From a virus: DNA of 43,578 bases. Numbering within the stretch: position 1 is the stretch's first letter; the number at the start of each line of letters is the position of its first letter. The position numbers and the translations under genes are program-made. Below are positions 6,704 through 12,884 of this stretch, piece after piece. Under the pieces are notes generated by a model, which ran no database searches, was not told the DNA's origin, and saw nothing but the letters and a program-made list of their open reading frames with translations. The DNA lies in the IMG/VR virus record IMGVR_UViG_3300045988_008873; one strand, 5' to 3'.

Positions 6704-7423
6704 TTCATCCTCCTTAAATAATCTTCCTTGCCGAGTGGGGCTTTTCTGTTTGCTGCATAGCCCTTGCCGTGCGTCCCATACAGAGCCTTTGCCGTGCCAA
6801 ACGTAACTTTGCCTTTGCCTGTCAGAGCAAAGCGTGCGTTACTACGCCGTTGCCAATCCTTGCTTTACTTCGCCTTTGCCTCGCCAGTCCTGGCCGAGCC
6901 GTCCATCGCCCTCGCGTCGCTTAGCCTAGCCTTTCCGTTGCAAACATAGCATCCCATGCCGCCGCGAAACCAGACTGTGCTTTGCCTTTGCGAGGCACAT
7001 CAAATCTCTACAGTGCCGTTGCCACACATTGCATTCAAAGCCGTTGCTCACCTTGCGTTGCACCACCAAGCCTTTGCTTCGCTACGCAGCTCCAAGTCAT
7101 GCCCTCGCTACACACAGCAGTCGAAGCCTTTGCCGTACTTTACGCTGCAACACAACGCCATTGCTACGCTTTGCAACACCACGCCGTTGCCGTTCAATGC
7201 CTGTCTTCGCCGTTCGGAGCCATGCCTCTCCCTCGCGATACTATGCGTTTCATCGCTTATCCGTTGCTCCTCTGCGCCTTTCGCGGCTTCTCCTCTGCGC
7301 TCGTAGCTTATCGATGCCTTCGCTGTGAATCGTGTTGCCCTACTTTGCCGTTGCTGCGCCGTGCCGTGCGGGGCCGTGCAACTCCATTGCCCTTCGCCGC
7401 CGGGCCCATCTATGCCCTCGCAC
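6704..7423 (-). repeat. ORF-free segment carrying a dense same-orientation array of a short degenerate word. On the plus strand the word is GCC-N-TTGC-C/T; on the sense strand it is R-GCAA-N-GGC.
   Basis: I counted TTGC by hand 27 times on the plus strand in 6728..7390. There is no SD-preceded ORF. The region has C>G skew on the plus strand. Confidence 0.7.
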
Positions 7424-8008
7424 TTAATCGAGCACTTCGTAAGTGAACCGTCCCTTTCCGGAGTTCCGCCACTGGCCAATGCCTCTGAGCCGTCCGTAAT
7501 CCAGCCATTCCAGGACGATATCCTTGTGCGCCTTTTCATCCAGCATCGTAATTTCAAACTCGATCGTGCTGCCCGCCGGAATCTCCTCCGAGTTCGCAAG
7601 CGCCACACGCTCGCCCTGCGGGGTCGGTGCTCTCAAAGGCCGCTGGCATTCGCCGATCTCGCCGCTGACCTGAATTGGGATGTGCCGCGGCTCGACGAAA
7701 ATCAAACCGTCGATGATCTTCTTGTAAGCTTTCAAGCTCGAGCTTTTCGTGCTCTTGACTCTTGTCAGCATACCGCATGCGTCCTTGAAGAACCCCTTGA
7801 TCTGGTAGTCATACAGAACCGGGCAGCCGTTCGCGCGGGGAAATACCGTCATGCCCTTGTCTGCCACAACGTCCGCGCCCAAAGCCGCGATCTCGTCTTC
7901 GATGGTAGAAGCGTCCGGCGCTTTCGATGCGATGAAATCCCGCGCCACGTTCTCATTGCTCGGCCACGTGCCAAGCACAGGCTCTAAAAATGTTAATCTG
8001 ACTTTCAT
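7424..8008 (-). CDS. Hypothetical early protein (194 aa from MKVRLTF) with a RAMP-like C-terminal glycine-rich loop.
   Basis: The C-terminus GIGQWRNSGKGRFTYEVLD fits GhGxxxxxGhG. There is an internal PVLYDYQIKGFFKDACG. The SD aaggaaggaaa precedes the second ATG (8008). Confidence 0.7.
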   Translation of the reverse strand: MKVRLTFLEPVLGTWPSNENVARDFIASKAPDASTIEDEIAALGADVVADKGMTVFPRANGCPVLYDYQIKGFFKDACGMLTRVKSTKSSSLKAYKKIIDGLIFVEPRHIPIQVSGEIGECQRPLRAPTPQGERVALANSEEIPAGSTIEFEITMLDEKAHKDIVLEWLDYGRLRGIGQWRNSGKGRFTYEVLD

Positions 8009-8065
8009 TTGCGTTTCCTTCCTTTTCATTTGTTAAATATTTTTGCAAGCACCCAAATCGGATAC

Positions 8066-8308
8066 TTAGTAATCAAAGGAGTCCAAAAACTCCTCCCGCG
8101 TGATTCCAAGCCGCTTGCAAATTGCGATTGTCCCTTTCATCTGCTCCCCAAGTGGCTCACGCATTCGCTTTGTCAGCGTCGTTTTGCTTGATACCCCGGC
8201 GAGTTTAAGCAGGTCGTCCAGTTTTACGTTTCTCTCCTTTACCCTCCCGTAAATCAGGCGGGACAGATTCTTCGACGTATTGTCCCGTCCGAGCTTTACC
8301 GCTGGCAT
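8066..8308 (-). CDS. Small HTH DNA-binding protein (80 aa).
   Basis: LDDLLKLAGVSSKTTLTKRM is a helix-turn-helix-like segment. It is the second gene of the early operon. Confidence 0.55.
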   Translation of the reverse strand: MPAVKLGRDNTSKNLSRLIYGRVKERNVKLDDLLKLAGVSSKTTLTKRMREPLGEQMKGTIAICKRLGITREEFLDSFDY

Positions 8309-8309
8309 G

Positions 8310-8516
8310 TTATTCCTCCTTTTCTCTGCTGCGCCGCTCTACGACGGCATCAAATGCGGCGTTCAGTCGCGCCTTTGCGTTCGGCGGCTTCCTTGCCCCG
8401 TTCAAGATCATGGACAAATAGCCTTTTGTCAGTCCAAGCTCTGCGGCAAGATCGTCGTATGAAACACGCGCATTGTGCATTTTCCCAATCAGTACGCCTG
8501 TCCATTTTTCTGGCAT
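8310..8516 (-). CDS. Cro-like XRE-family HTH protein (68 aa).
   Basis: SYDDLAAELGLTKGYLSMILNG is a canonical XRE HTH. It is the first gene, divergent from the cI-like gene. Confidence 0.7.
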   Translation of the reverse strand: MPEKWTGVLIGKMHNARVSYDDLAAELGLTKGYLSMILNGARKPPNAKARLNAAFDAVVERRSREKEE

Positions 8517-8543
8517 CCCTTATCCTCCTAACTGTTAAATTTG

Positions 8544-8573
8544 TTGACTGCAACGCCCCAGACGTGCTATACT
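8544..8573 (+). promoter_or_regulatory. Sigma-70/SigA-type promoter P1 (TTGACT, 18-nt spacer, TGcTATACT).
   Basis: -35 TTGACT at 8544..8549, an extended -10 TG at 8565..8566, and TATACT at 8568..8573. Confidence 0.6.
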
Positions 8574-8579
8574 GCCATT

Positions 8580-8881
8580 AGCCCTTTTAGGTAAATTCGG
8601 GAGGTGGTCGTCATGACCAAACTTTTGAACTTGCCAGTTCCAGACCAAAGAAACGGCGTAATGCGTTAGGGCAAGGGGCAGCGCCAGAACTGCCAAAGTG
8701 AGCGGCGCGTCATAGAAGCGCAAGTTCGTTTTGTGTCAGGGTGGCATTGCCGAGCCGGTGGAAAGAACTCCATCAATTCGGACGGATGCAAGGTAACGCA
8801 GACGGCCATCCTGTGCAGCGCGTTCTGGTAAACAACTCTGGGGGAAACCGCTCGTGAACGAACCACGGGCGGCTTTTCTTT
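8580..8881 (+). ncRNA. Candidate transcript of about 300 nt, bounded by P1 and an intrinsic terminator. It contains an SD-preceded 18-codon ORF (8613..8669).
   Basis: Promoter and terminator are both read directly. GGGAGGTGG at 8599..8607 is followed by ATG at 8613 (MTKLLNLPVPDQRNGVMR). There is no long ORF on this strand. Confidence 0.4.
8848..8881 (+). terminator. Intrinsic terminator.
   Basis: Stem ccgctcgtg / cacgggcgg (9 bp including one G-U pair), loop aacgaac, followed by cttttcttt. Confidence 0.6.
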
Positions 8882-8891
8882 ACGCCGCAGT

Positions 8892-8939
8892 CAAATTTTG
8901 AAATTTGTTGTTGAAATCGTTTACTGTTTGTGCTACTAT
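8892..8939 (+). promoter_or_regulatory. Operator-like palindrome CAAATTT-TG-AAATTTG followed by promoter P2 (TTGAAA, 17-nt spacer, TGcTACTAT), which drives the cI-like gene.
   Basis: Palindrome at 8892..8907. TTGAAA at 8911..8916 and TACTAT at 8934..8939. The 10-mer AAATTTGTTG (8901..8910) also occurs at 8537..8546, abutting the P1 -35. Confidence 0.5.
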
Positions 8940-8998
8940 GAATTTGCGAGAAACACATTAGCATTGGCGCAAGCGTTGATTTGCTTGGGTCTTGTCTG

Positions 8999-9077
8999 TT
9001 GCAAACTTTTTCAACCACAAGGCAATAATACATCAAACATTCTCAACTGTCAACCGCTATTTGCAAACTAATTCAAC
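8999..9077 (+). promoter_or_regulatory. Two 17-bp direct repeats TTGCAAACT(tt/aa)TTCAAC in the leader of the cI-like gene; candidate operators.
   Basis: Copies at 8999..9015 and 9061..9077 share 15 of 17 positions and lie 62 bp apart. Confidence 0.45.
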
Positions 9078-9113
9078 TTTCGCCGTATTTAACAATTCCA
9101 GAGGTGTATTATT

Positions 9114-9455
9114 GTGTTTTATGACAACTTTGTTGCGCTTTGCGCTTCTGTAAACAAAACCCCTGCATACGTTGGCCGAGAACTCGAAATTGACAAGTCA
9201 ACAATAAGCTGTTGGAAAGCGCGGAAGACAAAACCCTCTGACGTAAATGCGCAAAAAATCGCCGACTACTTCGGCGTAACAGTAGAAGAACTGATGGGCA
9301 AAGGCATAAAAAAAGACCCCATCCCGAAGGATGAGGACGAAGATTGCGAAACCGCAGAACTCCATGAAATTTGGAGTTCTGCGGATAAGAGTGAGCGCCG
9401 TGATTTGCTCGAAATGGCACGTATGCTAAAGAACCGGAGAAAGCAGAATGGATGA
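9114..9455 (+). CDS. cI-like XRE-family repressor (113 aa, GTG start).
   Basis: KTPAYVGRELEIDKSTISCWKARKTKPS is an XRE HTH. The SD agaggtg is upstream, and the gene is divergent from the Cro-like gene. Confidence 0.75.
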   Translation: MFYDNFVALCASVNKTPAYVGRELEIDKSTISCWKARKTKPSDVNAQKIADYFGVTVEELMGKGIKKDPIPKDEDEDCETAELHEIWSSADKSERRDLLEMARMLKNRRKQNG

Positions 9456-9837
9456 TGCAAGCAACCTTCCGTTTTCGGAAATCGAGTTGAGCAAAGACGA
9501 AAGAAAAATGCTTAAAGCGTTGGCAGATAGCAGAATATTTGCGACGGATGATATTTTCCAGACCGCAAATAGGCTGAAACATTTTGGACTTGCGAATCTG
9601 CACCCAATCCCCAGCAAAGATGGTGTCCCTGTGTTATCGTTTGGCACGTCCTGCGCAATTGGAATAGAAGAACGCGGGAAGGACTACTTGGCGTATATTG
9701 ATCAGCGTAAGAAGTCCACAAAGGCTAGTCGAATCCACGACCTAGTGATTGCAATAATCTCATTCCTGCTTGGGCTGCTTACGTCTGAACATTTCTGGAA
9801 TTTCCTGAGCAAATGTCTGTCAGGATTCGAGGGCTAA
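9448..9837 (+). CDS. Hypothetical protein with a C-terminal transmembrane helix (129 aa).
   Basis: Start overlaps the cI-like stop (ATGGATGA). The C-terminus is LVIAIISFLLGLLTSEHFW. Confidence 0.55.
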   Translation: MDDASNLPFSEIELSKDERKMLKALADSRIFATDDIFQTANRLKHFGLANLHPIPSKDGVPVLSFGTSCAIGIEERGKDYLAYIDQRKKSTKASRIHDLVIAIISFLLGLLTSEHFWNFLSKCLSGFEG

Positions 9838-10024
9838 AGTCGCTGCAAACTGCTTTAAGCTTTTTTTCGCAGACAAGCACGATGTCGCCGCCGGGGCTGG
9901 CTGCGCCGATCGCGTGTTCGCACATTCGGCAAGCTTCTCCGCACTCGTCTTTTGTAGAAATTTCGGTTCTGATCCTGCACAACTGTGACATAATATTATC
10001 ATACTTTTCCCTGCTTAGAAACAT
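9779..10024 (-). CDS. Hypothetical Cys-rich protein (81 aa or shorter).
   Basis: This is an ORF only. Its 3' end overlaps the convergent gene by 59 nt, and the start is uncertain. Confidence 0.35.
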   Translation of the reverse strand: MFLSREKYDNIMSQLCRIRTEISTKDECGEACRMCEHAIGAASPGGDIVLVCEKKLKAVCSDFSPRILTDICSGNSRNVQT

Positions 10025-10160
10025 TGTTTCGCTCCTTCCACATTCTAATTAGTTCTCGTTTTTCCTCTGTCGTAAGTTCCATTAAATACTGAAAGCCACT
10101 ATCGGCGAGCGCAATTTCTTCACCCTTATTATAGCACATATCGTCCTGAATACAAACCAT
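9999..10160 (-). CDS. Hypothetical small protein (53 aa, internal start MVCIQDD).
   Basis: GGAG lies 9 nt before the ATG at 10160. The longer 125-aa form runs through an AT-rich promoter region. Confidence 0.4.
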   Translation of the reverse strand: MVCIQDDMCYNKGEEIALADSGFQYLMELTTEEKRELIRMWKERNNVSKQGKV

Positions 10161-10268
10161 TTTGCAATCTCCTATTCCAACGTTTCGTATATCTTGTGAA
10201 AGATTCTGTACAAAGCTGTACTGGTCCAAAAGAAGGACTAAATTATAGGAAGAAAAGAGGAAAATGAA

Positions 10269-10646
10269 ATGGATACTGTGGAAAGGCCGGTTCCGACCGA
10301 TACCCAAAAGTTTTGCAAATTCTGCGGTGAGATTATAGACAAAGAGTGTGTAATCTGCCCAAAGTGCGGAAAGCAAGTTGAGGAGCTAAAGGCCAAGCAG
10401 CCGGACATCGTAATAAATAACGCAAACAACAACGTAAACACGAATGTTGTTGGTTGCTGCAGGCCGAAGAATAAATGGACAGCATTCTTCCTTTGCCTGT
10501 TCCTTGGGCCGCTTGGCGCTCATAAATTCTACGAGGGGAAAGTTGGCATGGGCATTCTTTATCTTTGCACCGTAGGCCTTTTCGGAATCGGCTGGTTAAT
10601 CGACACGATTAGTTTACTGTTTAAGCCGAATCCGTACTATGTCTAA
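10269..10646 (+). CDS. Zinc-ribbon plus TM2-domain membrane protein.
   Basis: CKFCGEIIDKECVICPKCG gives the zinc ribbon. FFLCLFLGPLGAHKFYEGKVGMGILYLCTVGLFGIGWLIDT matches the TM2 domain pattern. Confidence 0.75.
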   Translation: MDTVERPVPTDTQKFCKFCGEIIDKECVICPKCGKQVEELKAKQPDIVINNANNNVNTNVVGCCRPKNKWTAFFLCLFLGPLGAHKFYEGKVGMGILYLCTVGLFGIGWLIDTISLLFKPNPYYV

Positions 10647-10828
10647 CTCAGAAATTTGCTTTCCTGCCGCTTTCCCTGTTTCTCGTCGCTTACATCTGAG
10701 ACGCAGGCAAACAGCATAGGCGCGCCCTTGATGTAGTCCAGGCTTAGACTGTGGACGTCCTTGAAAAGCGCCCCGTCTACGATGATGTTTACTTTCTCGT
10801 TTTCAAAGCGAATATTGATGCTCTGCAT
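10643..10828 (-). CDS. Hypothetical protein (61 aa from MQSINIRF).
   Basis: GGAGG lies 9 nt before the second ATG. Confidence 0.45.
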   Translation of the reverse strand: MQSINIRFENEKVNIIVDGALFKDVHSLSLDYIKGAPMLFACVSDVSDEKQGKRQESKFLS

Positions 10829-11124
10829 TTGGTGTACCTCCATATTTTAGAACGTTCGTTCAATAATTTCAATTTGGAATCTTCCACAAAGAACACCTTG
10901 CATTTTCTTCGTCCGGTAACCCTCATAAGCGGCAATTATGGGACAGACTATTTTGTATAATGGAATGTTTAAGATCGCCCCACCGTCGCTCCACCGGCGG
11001 TGGGGCTTTCTCACGCGCCTGTAACCAGTATAGCAAAACGGGTGGAAATGTCTACCATCAAATTGGTAAAACCATACCCGTGGCGGAAAAATCAGCGAAA
11101 TATATGTGAAAATGGAGGTATATC

Positions 11125-11706
11125 ATGTCGGCAATTCAGGAGCTCGCCCCATATATTTCTGCATATCAGGGGAACATCAAGCGGGCGAAAGAAGATCAGC
11201 ATTACACCATCGACAGACTTGTTGATGAATCCGGCGTTTCCAGATCGGCTGTTTCGAAGCTCTGTGCAGGTACGCAGCAAGACCCGAAACTATATAATTC
11301 TGCCGCGCTGTGCCGCGTTCTCGGGCTGTCGCTGGATGAGCTGTTCGGGCTAAAACAGCCTACCGACAGCCCAAGCGAACTACAGGAACGGAACCACAGG
11401 CTCGAACTCGAGAATGTCAGAGCGACCGCCGCAAACGAAATGCAGCGGGCGCAGATCAAAGCCACACACGCTATCTGCTACCTGTTGGTCTTTTTCTGTG
11501 CCATGCTTGCGTTTTCGCTGATCGTGTACCTTGTTATCGACTCGCAGATTACAGACGCTGGCATCATCCGGGACGGAAGGCTATCTGTAATGGCGTGGAT
11601 ATTTATCGCCCTGATTGTCGCGTCCATACTGGCCGTAGGCTTCACCATTCTTCGTATCGTCAAAAAGGAGAACCGCAATGAAAAAACTGAAAGTCCCAGA
11701 GGCTGA
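11125..11706 (+). CDS. Membrane-anchored XRE-family HTH protein (193 aa).
   Basis: YTIDRLVDESGVSRSAVSKLCAG is the HTH. It is followed by a coiled segment and then two hydrophobic helices (ICYLLVFFCAMLAFSLIVYLVI and VMAWIFIALIVASILAVGFTIL). The SD is ggagg. Confidence 0.7.
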   Translation: MSAIQELAPYISAYQGNIKRAKEDQHYTIDRLVDESGVSRSAVSKLCAGTQQDPKLYNSAALCRVLGLSLDELFGLKQPTDSPSELQERNHRLELENVRATAANEMQRAQIKATHAICYLLVFFCAMLAFSLIVYLVIDSQITDAGIIRDGRLSVMAWIFIALIVASILAVGFTILRIVKKENRNEKTESPRG

Positions 11707-12688
11707 AAAACTGCCGTCCGGCTCTTACCGCTGCCGCGTGATGGTAAACGGGAAAGCGAAGTCGTTCACAGCAAGCACAAAGCGAGAAGCAGAGCAAGAA
11801 GCTTTAGAATACAAAATCGGTATCCTTTCTGCCGAGGAGGCAAAGCCGGAAATAACAATCCGCAAAGCAATTGACGAATACCTGGAATTCAAGAGCGGCA
11901 CTCTTTCCCCAGCGTCTATTCGCGGGCACAGAATTAAGCAGCGGTGTTATCTTCAACCCATCATGGACGTTCCTTTGTCTAAGCTCTCTGTGAATGCTAT
12001 ACAGCAGGCAATCAACGCAGAAAAATGCAGCCCCAAGACCATCCGCGAAACATGGGCGCTGATACGTCCGGCTCTTAAACGATATGGCGTATCTTACGAA
12101 GTAGCACTTCCCGCCATCCAATCGGACGAGCACGCTTTTTTGTCTGCGGAAGAAATTCCTGTGTTTTTGAAAGCGGCGGAAGGGAGCAAGTATGAAATCG
12201 CGTTTCTTCTTGCGCTGCACTCTCTGCGTGTGTCAGAAATCCTCGGTTTGCGTTGGGAGAACGTTGATCTGAAAAAGCAGTCCATAACGGTTCGAGGGGC
12301 TACCCTGTTCGACGAAAACAACAAACTGGTAAACAAGGTGTCTAACAAAAACCGTTCTTCGCGGCGGACTATTCCGATCATGATACCGAGGCTGTCGCAG
12401 CTCCTTTCAGAAGCAGAAAAATCGAGTGATTTTGTCGTCGTTGCAAATCCGAACAGCATTCGCGCCGCGTCAAATAAAATATGCAAGGGCGCAAACCTGC
12501 CAGAAGTCGGGACACACGGTCTGCGGCATTCCTTCTGCTCCCTTGCGTATAAGCTAGGTATATCGGAAAAAGTCACGATGCAGCTAGGCGGATGGTCGGA
12601 TTACGGAACTATGCGGAAGATATACACGCACGTTGCGCAGGCAGACATATCCGAGTCTGTGCAGCAAATGAAAACGTTCTTTTCTTGA
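11678..12688 (+). CDS. int: Tyrosine integrase.
   Basis: LRVSEILGLRWENVD contains the Arg box. HGLRHSFCSLAY...GGWSDYGTMRKIYTHV gives the H-x-x-R and catalytic Tyr region. Confidence 0.9.
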   Translation: MKKLKVPEAEKLPSGSYRCRVMVNGKAKSFTASTKREAEQEALEYKIGILSAEEAKPEITIRKAIDEYLEFKSGTLSPASIRGHRIKQRCYLQPIMDVPLSKLSVNAIQQAINAEKCSPKTIRETWALIRPALKRYGVSYEVALPAIQSDEHAFLSAEEIPVFLKAAEGSKYEIAFLLALHSLRVSEILGLRWENVDLKKQSITVRGATLFDENNKLVNKVSNKNRSSRRTIPIMIPRLSQLLSEAEKSSDFVVVANPNSIRAASNKICKGANLPEVGTHGLRHSFCSLAYKLGISEKVTMQLGGWSDYGTMRKIYTHVAQADISESVQQMKTFFS

Positions 12689-12710
12689 TTTTGCCACAAC
12701 ATTTGCCACG
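12689..12710 (+). repeat. Arm-type repeats on the left side of attP: 2 copies of TTTGCCAC.
   Basis: attttgccacaacatttgccacg follows the int stop immediately. Confidence 0.5.
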
Positions 12711-12754
12711 AAAATAAAAAGCCTAGTGTTTTCAATTGGTTTGAGGCTCGATTT

Positions 12755-12782
12755 GAGGGTTCGAATCTCTCCTTCCGCGCCA
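12755..12782 (+). other. attP core candidate: the 3' end of a tRNA gene (T-arm, acceptor 3' strand, CCA).
   Basis: gaggg-ttcgaat-ctctc forms the T-arm with one G-U pair. It is followed by cttccgc-g-cca. No matching 5' acceptor strand lies within tRNA distance. Confidence 0.65.
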
Positions 12783-12791
12783 AAGAAAAAA

Positions 12792-12825
12792 CCCTGCAAT
12801 CGCAGTGATTGCAGGGTTTTCCTTT
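12792..12825 (+). terminator. Intrinsic terminator, potentially bidirectional.
   Basis: Perfect 10-bp stem ccctgcaatc / gattgcaggg with loop gcagt. It is preceded by aaaaaa and followed by ttttcctttg. Confidence 0.75.
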
Positions 12826-12884
12826 GTATATCAAGGCTTTTAGGCATTTCCTGCGTAACATTTATTTGCGATGCGTATCAATTA

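Noticed and set aside
6704-7423. The motif-rich block considered as a CRISPR array, or as protein-coding sequence (plus ORFs 6764..6949, 6956..7306, 6982..7446 and 7029..7328; minus ORF 7108..7608).
   Set aside because: The repeated word is only about 9 nt long and its spacing is irregular (5 to 77 bp), so this is not a repeat-spacer architecture. Three plus frames are open at once, which indicates a compositional lack of stop codons rather than coding. None of the ORFs has an SD. The motif copies fall evenly in all three phases. The 7108..7608 ORF overprints the well-supported 7424..8008 gene.
8535-9036. Minus-strand ORFs in the switch region: 8535..8723, 8666..8866 and 8773..9036.
   Set aside because: 8535..8723 starts at a non-ATG (TTG) codon with no SD. 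The others show no sign of real translation signals, and their predicted proteins are compositionally odd. All three overlap one another and the promoter/terminator pair read on the plus strand.
10955-11010. A plus-strand promoter (tataat at about 10955) and the hairpin at 10975..11008, considered as an independent ncRNA.
   Set aside because: No acceptable -35 element is present and the hairpin has only a weak T-tract (ctttctc). It is more economically read as part of the 5' leader of the 11125 gene. It is mentioned only within that finding.
12755-12782. A complete tRNA gene downstream of the integrase.
   Set aside because: Only the T-arm, the acceptor 3' strand and CCA are present. The complementary 5' acceptor GCGGAAG occurs only about 160 nt upstream, inside int, which is too far. 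No D-arm or anticodon arm can be drawn. The segment is therefore interpreted as the attP core.
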